Positions 37,282-51,799 of a DNA stretch of 64,000 nucleotides are shown piece after piece (the stretch's first letter is position 1; each line of letters begins with the position of its first letter). This DNA is from Vicugna vicugna. Its lineage: Eukaryota. The stretch lies in assembly GCA_013265495.1 (NCBI GenBank), contig MU058769.1:768477-832476 (forward strand), in the 5' to 3' direction. A model generated the notes under the pieces. The model was given only the letters and a program-made list of their open reading frames with translations. It was not told where the DNA came from and did not search any database. Made by a program: the position numbers and the translations under genes.

Positions 37282-40200
37282 GGGGCCCCGAGACCCCCGA
37301 GCTGGGGAGGGGAGGGGACTCCCCCGGACTGCCTCAGGGGGGCCCGGCCATGGGGCCGCCCTGCTCGCTGCCCCCAGCCCCCGGACCCCGCTGAGCCCCC
37401 GGCCCGGCTCCGCTGTCGCCGCCGCCTCCGCCGCCTCCGCTTGCGCCCCCCTCCCATCACACGGGGCGCCCCCTCCCCATGCTCCCCGCCCTGCGCCCCC
37501 ACCCCGTTGGAGCCCTGGGACCTTGGTGCTGCTCCAGGGAGGCGCTCCGGACCCTGCACCCCGGCCTGGGTAGGAGCGCTGAGATGGGCGGGGGAGGGCG
37601 GGGAGGACTGTAGTGGGGGCAAATAGGGGAGAGGGAGGAAAAGGGGGCAGAAAAGAGGAACCCGAAGCTAAGGGAGAAGAACTGGTGCGGGGGAGGCAGG
37701 GGCGGGGAATGGGGACTCAAGGGACAGGGGCTGCGGATAGGGGTCGGAGAGGGGGGTCTTTAGGAAGGTAGGAAGCTAATGGAGCTGGTCGTGCGGGGGA
37801 TTCGCTGGGGCGCCAGGAGGATGCTGGGGATGGAGATACAGGCGCCGGTGGGGGAGGAAGGAGGGAAGCCAGAGGGGATGGGAGCCCACGGGTCTGGGGT
37901 CTGGGAGGGGAGGGGCGTGAGATCCGGGAGCAGGGTCCGGGGGCTCGCCAGGGCTCGGCTCGGTCCGGATGCGCGCTGTGTCCGGGCGCTCCCCTCACAG
38001 TGAGGAGGAGGCGGCCCCCCGCCCCCCCACCCTACCTCCCCCCCACCTTCTCTCCACCAGCACGGCTGTCTGCGAAGGCGGTGCAAAATCCAGGACTGGA
38101 TTTCCCTCCCAAATCCTGGGCTGGATTTCTTGGAACTTGGACTCACCTCCTCCAAAACTCTAGCCCCTTCCCCTGGCACACCACGGTTAGGGAGATCTAC
38201 TGTTAGGTGTGGCATTTAGGGACAAGAGTAAAAATCGGTTTATGGGTGGACAGTCCTGAGCGAAAACGGAGCAAACACGGGTTTACTGCCAATCCTGGGG
38301 AAGCTGACGTGAGAAAGTGGGGAGCCCTGAAATCCCTTTCCCAGGACCCCTTGTTTCTTCCAAGTACTCTCACGTAGTTTCTTTCCCCAAGACCCAGCCC
38401 CTTCGACCACCTCCACCCTCCACACGCAACAGATTGACCCGGCCTCGACTTGAGCCTAACTGTCCCAAAGTGAACTTGGAAAGTGTTCCCTGGGGATGGG
38501 GACAAATATGGAACTTAGCAGGGTGGGTGAAAGGAGGGGGGTGCTTCAGGAGGGGAGAGATCTGCAAGGTCGAGGAGCCCAGGCCGAAAAGTGAATCAAA
38601 ATGTTCCAGCTCGGGGTAGAAGGAGAAGGAATACGTCTACAGATTGACGCCACTCCCCCCCATACCAAAATGCATCCTGTCTCCATAGCAACCGTAGCTC
38701 CAAGAGTGCCTCGGAAACAGCGGGGATAAGCAGAGAGGAGGATCGGTGGGTATGGTGGGTGGGGGCACCTGCCATGGGATTTGGGGTTAAAGAAGGCATC
38801 ACCTTCACACCTGATTACCCACGTGTGGGGTATTTAGCTCCCCGAATATAAAGACCCTCTCAGCTGAGGCAGCGCTAACAGGCCTCTTCTGGTTTCCATT
38901 CAGTCTCCTGAGGCTTTTGGGGTGGGGCTCTTTTAGAAGGTTAAAAAGGAGATAGACAGAGAGAACGGGAAACGTCTGCTCTGTGTCCTCCACCTCTGTA
39001 GAGACCCTGGAGTTGAAGGCTAACTGTCCTCCAGCCCAGGCGAAGGTTGAAGGGGTTAGGGCAATGAGGAGCAGAGACTGAGACCAACCGCTGCGGGGCG
39101 GGAGTTGGAGGAGGCCTCCCCTCAGACTTGGAGACCCCTCCCCGGCACTCGGGGAGTCTCAGCGTTCCCCTAATTTGGCGTTCCACCCTCCTGACGCAGC
39201 GGAGACTATAATAAGTGCTGTCGTGGGCGGCTCTCGGAGGCAGGAGCCGGCGGCAGCGTGCTCCGCCTGGCAGGGGGTAAGGGGGGTGGTACCAGGATGC
39301 TGGATGCCGTTTGTTCTCCCTAAGACCCGTACCCAATCCCTACGCAGTCCTGTCTGGAGGTCAGCAGCCCTCCCCAGTGCTGCACCCCTCCTACCGCCCC
39401 CCCTCAGCAGTAGGATGACACCATCCCCAGAACAGGAGACCCTTCAGCAACCTTTTCCAAAAGAGAGGGTGACGATTTGTTGTTTCTTAATTTTCCTTTC
39501 TTCCTTTGGTGGCCTCAGTTTTCCTTTATGTTCAATGGGAACAGAATGCTGACTCTTAGGGAAGGAGTAGAACAAATCACTTATGAAGAGTAGTCTTTTC
39601 AGAGAGCTCAGCCTCCACCCCTCCTCACTTGCTCCTCTCCAGAGCTAAACTGAATTCCTCTACCTGGCCTGAACTTCTCTCCTACCCCCTCTTTTTTTCC
39701 CCCTACAGAGGTGGGGCTTGGAGTTCCTCTCTGGGAGGCCTCATGGGGCCACTCCCCCAGGTCTGCAGTTCCAGCCGCTAAGACTGCAGGGAAAGTATCA
39801 GCTGTAGTTCCTGACAAAGGGTGGGGGGCGGGAGATGAGAGGGGCACCAGTCACAGAAGGGCAATAGGAAGGGATCAGGCTCTTCCCTTAGGAACCTGAG
39901 CTAAACTCTTCCTTCTTCAAGTTATGCTCTGATGGCCTCTGCCATCAGGAGGTATCCTTGATGAAAAGAATGGTCTCTTGCCTTCTTGCCCCACCCCCAC
40001 CCCCAGGTAGGCAACTAAGAATGGAGAGGCTGGAAGAGACCAGGATATGATGGAGGATGTGTTTCTCCCAGACACCTTTCCTGAACAAAGTAGCCAGCTT
40101 TTATAGCTGTTTGTAGCCTCAGAGGCAAATGAGATGAGAGCAGACTGGAGAAGACCTCCAGCTCCACCAGTTCCTTAGTGGTGGGGCCTTGTGGATAGAG

Positions 40201-40969
40201 AGAAGCTGTTTCTGCCAGGGCCCCACCACAAGACTGAAGGCAGGGGTGGGTAGGAGGATGTGGCGGATGGTGTTGCCATGGCAGCACTTCCTCCCTGTGT
40301 TGTCATCACTTGCTCTAATGGCACTAAGGAGGTAGAGCGGAAGGTGTGTGTGTGGGGGAAGACAGGAACAGGAGCACGGGGACAAAAGGAGGCCGAGAAG
40401 AATTCTGGGGACTTCTCTGCACTTTGGCTGCACAGAGCATGATGTGTTGAGTGTTGGTGTGTCCCTGGGAGCCTGAGATTCTTTGCGTGGTGTATTTCAA
40501 TGTGGGGTGTGTGTGTGTGTGTGTGTTGTGTGTTTTCTCTCTACAGCTGGAGAACAAGAGGTCACTGATCCTTCATGGGTCCTAGGAATGACCACATTAT
40601 CCAGTCCCAGAACCTCCTGCCCTAGACTTCTTCCCACCCTGGACTTTCCAAGCAGGGTCCAAGACTACCATGGGTCTGCCATGGCCTGCTCTCCCCATGC
40701 TCACCCACTTCTCCATTGCCAAGGTCAGCTCAGCAATGACCTGTATTTTGATCCCCTGAGAAAAGAGAAGGATCAGAGTTGGGGAAAGAGGAAGAATGAC
40801 ACCTCCTATGTCTGTTTCCATCCTTTCCAAATGTATTCTTCCCCAGATTCCCAGCTCCATCTTGGAGACTAGAAAGTGGCTGATTGGAAAGTGATGTATG
40901 ACCAGCAAGCCCGTCTATGTCCTTGCTGGTCCCCAATACACCCAAGTTGGGAGCTAACCCTTATCTTAC

Positions 40970-41129
40970 CTTGTACGACTTCCAGTGAGGCCTGAATGCT
41001 GTCCCGAAGTTCAGAGTCGCTCACCCTCTCTGCCAGCTTCCTGAGGCGGCTTAGAGCCCGCCTGGCCACCTCATGTCGTCTGACTTCTGCTCTCACTGCA
41101 GCTACAGCCAACTGCCTCTGGGCATGCAT
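40970..41129 (-). CDS. AGAP2: AGAP2 alternative first coding exon (PIKE-A / GGAP2 isoform)
   Basis: MHAQRQLAVAAVRAEVRRHEVARRALSRLRKLAERV... 160 nt ending at phase-1 donor G|GTAAG, compatible with the shared exon starting at 34437. Confidence 0.93.
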
Positions 41130-41819
41130 GTTGCCCAGACTTGTCCCGCTGGGCTAACAGCAACCTCTGGTCCCAAGGCCCATGTCCCTGCAGCCCCCAA
41201 ATGCCAAAAGGCCCCTTCTGCTGTGCCCCAGAACTCCCCGCCCCTGCCCGCCCTTCCGTCTGTCGACTTCACTTCCTGACTGGTGAGTTTCAAACCCACA
41301 GCCTGGGTCAGCACTACCTCCTGCACCACCCACCCCCTCTAGCGTTGGCTTATCGGCTCTGCCAGCCTGCCCCTGCTACGATTCCCCAGACAGGTGGATG
41401 GAGATACCTTAACAAGCATCCTAGGGCCTCCCATGGGAGGTGGCTAATTAAGATGGGTGTTGCTGCTGGGAGAACGTGGCATGTCTGGTCCCAGGTGCAA
41501 TCCTAAACTCTTGGTGACCTACCAAGGTTTATGTTCAGTCTCAAACTCTCACAGGAATCCATACACACTTGGTCTGGCACCTTTAACATCCTGCATTCCA
41601 GCTTAGTTGTACTCACCACCCACTCTGTGTATCCAAAGAGCTTGCATACTTACGCCTTGCAAGGTAACCCTCCTTTGGTTGGCTAACCCACTGTAACTGC
41701 CTCCTGCTTAAAAGGGTCAAGTAGTTACAGGGAGAACAGGTTATAGAAGACAGTAACCTATAACTAGATAAAACCACCATGCTCCATGTTCAATTGCTTT
41801 CATAATAATTAACTTGTCT

Positions 41820-42575
41820 ATAACACTTAATAGTTTACAACATATTTTCATGTACATCATCTTCATGACAGGCCCAAAGGGGCAGTATTTTTATCCCTAT
41901 TCTGCAGAAAAGGAAACTGAAGCTCAGAGAGGCCAATAAGAGGTGAAACAAAGATACTGATCTAGGTTTTCCGATCGTAATTCTGATGCCCTTCTCACTA
42001 CACCACACAGCCAAGATGCTTGCCAACCAGTTCCCCTTATCCTTAATACCACTGTCTTGCCCTTGATTTAGGAAATGGAAAGAAGAGAGTGGATGAGGAA
42101 TTGAGGGAAAGAATGAAGATGCAGGATCAGATGAAGGGGAAAAGAGTGGATAGTTTGATCTAATCACTTTGTTTCAGGACTCAAACCTTTCTGACCCTGC
42201 CAAATGTCTCTTCTCCTGCGTATCTTATTGATAGAAATTTATAAAGGATAGAGGATTATAATATGTGAATGTGTAGTTGGAGATAAGAGAATTAGGGGAG
42301 ATAAGAGAATTAGGGTTGGGATTACCCATTGGAACCTGAAAACAGCCTGAACAATAATAACTAACAATGAGTGTTTACTATGTGCCAGGTACGGTTCTAA
42401 GCATTCTACGTGCATTAACTCATTCAGTTTTCACAGCAACCCAGGAGGTAGGTGTGTTGTTATTTATCCCTATTTTACAGATGAGGAAATAGGCACAGGG
42501 AACTTAAATAACTGTCCGAAGTTTACATGGCTAGTAAGTGGCAAAGTTGGAACCCATGCAGTCTGACTCTCGCAG
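41820..42575 (-). mobile_element. Two MIR remnants (~41820-42000 and ~42355-42575)
   Basis: AGGAAACTGAAGCTCAGAGAGG and CCCTATTTTACAGATGAGGAAA cores. Confidence 0.7.
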
Positions 42576-43679
42576 TAAGACAATGCCACTTATGCAGTCG
42601 TGGAATCTCAGTACACACTAATGTAAATCATTCTGTAAAATTGAAGGGAGGTTTTTCATTTGTGTTTCTACTATGACTGCCTCTTTCCTGGAGGAAAGAG
42701 GAACTGTATGTTTTCCTATCCCAGTGTGCCAAAGCATTCAATAATAAACATATATTGATCAGCCACAATGCCCGCCCCTAAAGTGTAAATGTGGAGACTT
42801 CTCCTTCCTCTCATACTTATTCGTAGTCAAGACCCCTCCCTTTGTCATTTTTTTTTTAATGAACCCAGGATCAGGAATGTGCTCCTAAGATGCCAGCACA
42901 CTCATGTCTGTACCTGTGGCTTTGTCACATACAGCAGTGCGCCGGCCCGAGGCTGCTGCTTTTCACATTGAATTTCTAGCATATCCAGACCCCGTTAGGA
43001 GGGGATGTGGAACAAACTACGTGTACTAGTGGACACACTTGCAAACACGTGAGGATTTGCTGGGTGTTGGCTGTGCCCAACTCGGGGCCTCTGCAGTCGG
43101 GCTAAATAGTTCAATATTTTGCCTCTCTGGGTGTTCCCGGGTGTGACGCAATAGCAACAAACAGGGGCGTCATCATGAGGTCACTGCAAGACAATGGGAA
43201 AGGTGCGGGGAAGGTGCTCCCTTGAGAGGAGCCCTTTCACCCTGCTCTAGAAGCAACACCTTCTGTCTCTTCACCAGAGTTTCTCCAGAGCCTTCCCCTC
43301 GGATTAGCTTTCCTCCATCTGCGATCACAGAAAGCTCCGTTTTCAATCCGGGGTTTTGAAGTTTAGGCTCTGGTCTCTATGAGAATCTCTGGAGGGCCTG
43401 CCTCCAGTTTTAAGTTTCATCCAGTAAAAAAACCTTTAGGAGGAGCCGGTAGGCGGGTCAGTGACACAGTACAGATTGATTGGCATTCAAGCCATCGAAG
43501 TCCTGGATTAGCCCTGAGTTTCGCCAATCCAAAAGCAGGGGTGGGACGGTGCAGGCGCAGAGGATTAGGTTTGGCTGGACTCGATTTAAAGAGACAGAAG
43601 CTGCCGGGGTCCAAGAAGACAGTTCCCAAGACCCTCCCCCCAAGTCCTTGGGACCACTTGGGTCCCCAAAGCTGGGGAG

Positions 43680-45834
43680 ATGGTTTGCGGAGGATTTGCC
43701 TGCTCCAAGAATGCGCTGTGCGCGCTCAACGTGGTCTACATGGTGAGGTTTTGGAGATGGGGGAAGCTTCAGGGCCGAAAGGCAAATGGGAAGAATCTCT
43801 AGGGGACTTCCGGTGGGGAGAGGGGTGTACTGGGGGTTCCGGGAAAATTCCTGGGGACTTCCGGCGAAGAGGGAATTCCTGGGGACTTCCGTGGGAAGAG
43901 GGGAGACTTCCGGTGATCAGAGGGTTTGTCTGGGGGTGGCAGTAATAAACTGAGGCATAAAGGCCCAGCCCTCCCTCCTGTGAACTTCGGTTTCTCCCAA
44001 AATAGAAGTGATGGATGAAGGCAAATGTTCCGTTTTATATTCCCAGACTCCACTATCTTTGCCACCTCCCACCCCATTCCAGCCATTATGACCTCCAATG
44101 GGGGTGCCCAGGGATGCTCCTGGCCCTGAAATCACCTCCTCTCCCTCATTCACACACAACCTAGTTCTCCATTTTTGCCCAAGCTCTCCCCCCTCCCCCC
44201 GCGCATGATTTTTAGCTGTGCTGCACACTAGAATTCTTTGAGATGTATCTTGCTCTTTGTTTCCCCTAGCTGGTAGGCTTGCTGCTCATTGGAGTGGCTG
44301 CCTGGGCTAAGGGCCTTGGTCTGGTGTCCAGCATCCACATCGTCGGAGGAGTCATTGCTGTGGGAGTCTTCCTTCTTCTCATCGCGGTAGCTGGACTGGT
44401 GGGTGCTATCAACCACCACCAAGTACTGCTATTCTTTGTATCCTGACCTGAAGTGATGGGAGCTTTTGGGAGGGCTGAGTCAACTAGGAAGAAATTAAGA
44501 GAGGCCAGGAAACCTCAGGGATCTTGGGGGTGTCTCCTTGCCCTCCCCTATAGTCTATGAAACAAAAATTGACGATTTTATTGTTTTCAACTGACATGGT
44601 TGTACAAATTGTATGAATAGATGAGTTCTGATGGTTTTTGCAGGTGGAACAAAGGAATCTAGGAATTTTTTTTCCCGTAACTCTTCCTCTCAGTACATGA
44701 TCATCCTTGGTTTGGTCTTCGTCTTCCAGTTTGTAATCTCTTGCTCATGTCTGGCTATTAACCTAAGTAAACAGGTAAGAAGGTGCCCTTTCAAATACTT
44801 GCTTCTCCCCCCACTTCACCCCCCCCCAACTCCTTACTCTCAGTCTGACCCTAAAGATCATTCTTAGGTCCACTACGTCCAGACTTGAGCCATATGCTTC
44901 TCTGGAAGGTCTGGCTAATCATCCATGAGGATGATCCAGAAGGAGGTGGATAGTTGTAGTGCCTGCACCTTCGCTTCTAAAGGACGTTAACTCCCTTTGC
45001 TCCAACAGGGAAATTGAGGCACTTGACCTGGGATCAGGATTCTTAGGGGGGATTTGTAGGGGAGATTCTTAAGGTTAGCAGCATCAAATAATTTCCCTCT
45101 GCTTGTATCCTCCAGACAGACGTCATTAATGCTTCTTGGTGGGTCATGAGCAATAAGACCCGGGATGAACTGGAAAGAAGTTTTGATTGCTGTGGCTTGT
45201 TCAACCTCACAGCCCTGGATCAACAAGATTACGCTTTCTGCACTGCAGTGAGTTGGTTTGGGAAACTGGGGGAGGGTTAGGAAAACTGGGTAAGGACAAT
45301 GCCCAAATTGGCAGGTTTGAGTTTGAATGTGAATGCCTCTCTCCAGCAGCACACTTATCTTGGGGGTGTGTGCTGGTGGGGGTTGGAGGATGGATACAAA
45401 AGCTGGAGATTTAGCCAGGTGGGATTCCAGTCTGTAGCATACTGATCAGAAACTGGAAAAACAATTTCTAGGGCCATCCCCATAAGTATTAGGATAGAGC
45501 AGCTTAGCAACCCTGCATCCTCCAAACAGATGTGTTCATCTTTTCCTCAGATCTGCAAGAGCAGGAGCCCCACATGCCAGATGTGTGGCGAAAAGCTTCT
45601 TAAGCACTCAGATGAAGCCCTGAAAATTCTGGGGGGTGTTGGACTCTTCTTCAGCTTCACAGAGGTAACATTCTCCAGTTCCCTAATACATACCCTGTCT
45701 TCAGGCCTTAGCCCCAGAGATTCAGAGTTGGTGCTTATCTCTTTCCTTTGCTTCTACAGATCCTTGGTGTTTGGCTAGCAATGAGATTTCGGAATCAGAA
45801 AGATCCTCGAGCCAACCCCAGTGCCTTTCTATGA
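43680..45834 (+). CDS. TSPAN31: Tetraspanin-31 (SAS), 210 aa
   Basis: Exons 43680-43742, 44270-44437, 44694-44774, 45116-45247, 45551-45664, 45760-45834 (633 nt). Starts [24 protein letters not shown] motif in the large loop; ends [14 protein letters not shown]. Confidence 0.96.
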
Positions 45835-46258
45835 GACTCTGGATCCTTCTGACTTCTCTCCTGCTGTCTTTTCTCCCTAAGCTTTTTCTCCCTCCCTTAG
45901 GGAAAACATGGGATCTAAAGCCCTTTTTGAGAAGAAGGAAAGGCCCTACGCCATGTTCCCTAAAGATAACTAGCTAGGTTTTATGCCTTGACATGTTTTG
46001 GTGGGAGCAAGATTATAAAGAGTAAAGAAAACCTTCCTTCCTCTCTCCCTAAGTAGACACGGGAAGCTTCTGGGAGTCCATGGGGTGGCATGGGGGTTGG
46101 AATCATCCCTGGCTCTTCTCCCTCTTCTCTCTTCCACATGCTGGACCACCTCAACACATCCTGGCTCCAAGGGCAAATCGGGGACAGAGCCAGAGAGAAA
46201 GCCACCAAGAACTCTTGTAATAAGCAAGACCCATTTGGGGAAGCTCAGTAACTATAAA

Positions 46259-46264
46259 AATAAA
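46259..46264 (+). terminator. Candidate TSPAN31 polyadenylation signal AATAAA (ATTAAA also at 46459-46464)
   Basis: Hexamer match ~425 nt after the stop. Confidence 0.5.
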
Positions 46265-46758
46265 AGCCATTTGAACTCCACATCCAAGGAAGCAATCTAA
46301 ATGCCTCTTTTTCTTTTTCTCTTTTGCCAATTGAGGGGCTCCACTGACTGTGTAGGCCTTGCGATCTAAGGAGAATCTGTAAGATTCTGCAGGGAAGTTC
46401 CATCTTCCAAATGGTGTTTTCAGATCCCCAAATGGTAAAGCCAATCAGAGGAAGAAACATTAAAAAAAAAAAAAAAAGACCATATTTCTTTGTTTTGTTT
46501 TTTCCTGTATAAAATGGGAGAGAAGGGGACATACCCCTTGGTGTAGGGAAATGGGTGGCAGAAGGATAAGCCTTAAAAGGAGGGGTGGGAAGGGAATGTC
46601 ATTAAGGCAGCAAAATATTCTTGGTAAAACATTGGAGGAGGAGTCTCCACAGCCTCCGAGATGAAGGCAGAGGTCGCCTTCTCAGTGGGGGGCTCTGCCC
46701 TCAAGTGTTCAAAGGGAAATGTCGGCTTCTCTTCGTTCTGTTGCAACCATTTCTTGGC

Positions 46759-48743
<1,985 letters not shown>

Positions 48744-49049
48744 TCAGAGTTCAGATGGTATGAGCCTGCAGCAACAAAGTAACTCCCACAAAAGACATTA
48801 CAAAGACAACAGCAACAGCATCTCGTCCCTTCCCCAAGCTTCCATGAGGCCGGCCCCCACCAGGTAACACAATGACACTAACCCCAACCCCTCCAGCCAC
48901 GTGAAACCCTAGAATAAAGTGTCTTTTCCTTGGGGACCATCGAGCCCCGCACAAGGGAAATCCCACACGACACACCCCCTGCATCGAAGACCCTACACCC
49001 AGTCTCTGAAATTACACCTCCCTACGACCACAAAGGGACAGATTACGCC

Positions 49050-49750
49050 CTGCCCCACTTCCCGCCCTCGAGCGACCCTTCATAACCAGCCCGCGCAAGA
49101 CACCGTGGAGGACGAGAATGGTCCCCATTCCTAGAAAGGGGTTACACTTACCTCGCCCCGTTCCGGGAGCTGCGGGGGCGGCCCGTTATCGGGGCCCCGG
49201 AGCCGGTTCTTGTGGCGCCATACACTCGCGCTCTGTCCGGGGCAGCTGGACGCTACGGGCCCGACCATAGACACAGGCCGCAGGCTAGAGCGGCCCCCTG
49301 TTCCCCCACCCTCACCATGTGACCAGCTGCCAAAGAGGCGCGCGGAAACCGGGGGGGCGGGGCGAACGCCGGACGTTCGGAGCACGTGACCAGACTACTC
49401 ATGCGCAGAGGGGCAGACGGGAGCGGCTTTGACTAGGAACGGGGCGGGGAGGGGAAAGGGGCGGAGGGGCGATGGCAGCCACGTGATCTGTTGCTATCAC
49501 ACGTGACCACTTGACTTTGCTCTGAGGAGCAGAGGTGTGGTTACGCGGCAGGGCACGTGACTGGCTGCCGTAACTTTGGCGGGGGTGTGGGGAGAAAGAA
49601 GAGAGAGGGTGGAGACCATTGCGGTGCCATGGCAACCAAGGCCACCCAGATCCCAACTCTAGGCTTCAGGCTGAGCCTGAGCGCATCTCCAGTCTCGCTA
49701 CACGTCTCTCACTCTCAGTATGCGGGCATGGGGTCCGGGGACGAGAGGTG
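49050..49750. promoter_or_regulatory. CDK4 CpG-island promoter with E-box cluster and GC boxes
   Basis: CACGTG at 49383, 49480, 49500, 49554; CATGTG at 49316; several GGGCGG boxes; CpG-rich. Confidence 0.85.
49152..49330 (-). other. CDK4: CDK4 non-coding exon 1 (5' boundary approximate)
   Basis: Consensus donor GAG|GTAAGT at 49152/49151 inside a CpG island; splices to the acceptor at 48705, 19 nt before the ATG. Confidence 0.8.
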
Positions 49751-51799
49751 GTGCTGGTGGCTTTCTGCTTCACCGAATCGGAAGACAGTCTCATTTGTGT
49801 CTTTGTTTCTTTCACTCACTCAACACATTTTTACTGAGTGCTTGCTTCCTGTGCGCATGTGGGAGTTTTGTGAGGTTTTTCGGTGTCTCAGGCACTAGCC
49901 CTTTAAAGCAGTGATAAGGCTATCTGTAAAGATACAGCTAACTGTGTGGTCTTGTAAAATAGAGAGTAGACAGTAGGCATCTGAGGGCAAAAGTAGGATT
50001 CAAGGACTGATGGAAGACAGATTAATATAGTAATCCAACGGAAAGAGTGGCAAGGTAATGCCCTCCCCTCCTCCCAGCTTCCACTTCTTGGGAGCCTTAA
50101 AGCAGAGACCAGATGCCTTCTGGCAGAGAAGTTATTGACGAGCCAGAAACAGGAATACTTGACCTTTAAGATTCTTTTCAGCACTAAGATACTATGATAC
50201 ACATGTGTGCGTATATGTATATGTGGGTATGATACTATATACATCACATAGATAAACAGATATAGGAGTGAGCATATGCAAGGAGGTTACCACCACATTG
50301 CATGAGAATGACTTGTGCCCTTCCACAAAACTTTCAACTCCTTATATGGGGTCATTGTGCTTCCCTCTTTCCCCCCAGTGCAAGCTTTCTTAGCACTTGC
50401 TCTTGCTTGAAATACAGACTTTTGCCAAATAGTTTCTGTTCACAGACACCTAAGTAGACAACAGACAGGTTTCGCTGGCTCCCTTTGTCTTACTGGCTCC
50501 AACTTTATCTTCCAACACTTTGGGGGATGGGAGTAAAGGATCAGTGTCTCATTTGTGAGAAATTATCTAAAATCTGAAATCGTGCTATTACTCTATTTGC
50601 TCTCCTTGCACCCTAACTTCTATTCTCCTTAACGATCTGGCAGAGAATATAAGAGTTCAGGCTTCAAATGGGTATGAACCATGCTCCAGAGCAAAATGGA
50701 AGACATGTCAGTACAGATTCCCCCTCTTTGCATTCTGATTGATAGTTGTAGCCCTGGGCCCTTGCTGGCAAGGGCAGCTGGGACACTAGCAACAAAGACC
50801 TTAAGGTCTGGCTAAGAGGCTTGTGAGGAGAATGTTTTATTGTCTGTCTTGCTAGGATTGTTTGATTTGTAAACCTTCTGGAAGGCTAAGTGTTTCTGAG
50901 TGTGTCAAACTTCCTTCTTAAACCAGCAGGGTCCACTGTAGCCTTACCATTCACATAAGCCCACTACAACTCAGTATCTATTTAAAATAGAAGTCATTCT
51001 CTATGTTGGCTTGGGTTCCAGCCCCTTTTTCTGATTCATTCATTCACCCATCCAAAATATTTTGGATATTTCATATCTTACGAATGCTTCATAAGAGCAT
51101 TACTCTCCCTAATTACTTTCTAGTAAGGAGCCTTAGTTTGGCAGTCTGTCCCTGATTCCATATCCTCCCTTCTCCTGTTAATTACTCTTTTACTAATTAT
51201 TTTTTTCCCAGTGTATTTGACCCAATGGGCTCCCTTGGAATTCTTTTTCCCTCAGCACTGGAAAGGGAAGGTGAGGGAGGATGTTAAGTGTAAGGTAGAA
51301 ATAATGTGATGAGGAGGTACAGGTGGTTCTCAGGGTCAAGACAACCCCCCCCCGTAAAAGCAAAGAGCTAAGCGTGTGTGTGTGTGTGTTGTTCACTTCA
51401 GTGCAGTGAGAGTACCAGGAAAGATCCTCATCCCTTTAGCACTCCAGTCTCTCTTGCGCACTCACTTTACTCACATATGACCATTACACACTTTTGTTTC
51501 TCATACAATCCAGTTCCATCCCTTACATACTCATCTATTTTCCACAGTCCCACACCATGCACACTTTTCAATCTTTTGTGTAAAAATGCTTATTGCTTGA
51601 GTCCATCTCTTGCTCACTCACCTCCATCACCTCGGACCGTTGCATAGCTCTGTCTTTCACATTCCCATTTTGCACAGCCTCTCCCTCCCTAGTGCACCTG
51701 CGTCTTTGACCACTCACCTTCCATCCCCACGAGCTCACCCCTCCACACTCCCATTCACACACCTATTCTCCTACCCGTGTGCACACTCCCCTTCCTTGG

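Noticed and set aside
41692..41770. Short inverted repeats (CTGTAACT/AGTTACAG; GTTATAG/CTATAAC)
   Set aside because: Stems too short to support a structured RNA or transposon call.
42280..42315. 18-nt tandem duplication ending in TTAGGG
   Set aside because: Simple slippage duplication; too few TTAGGG units for an interstitial telomeric site.
42588..42602. TTATGCAGTCG matching antisense U1 snRNA
   Set aside because: Only ~11 nt; flanks do not extend the match.
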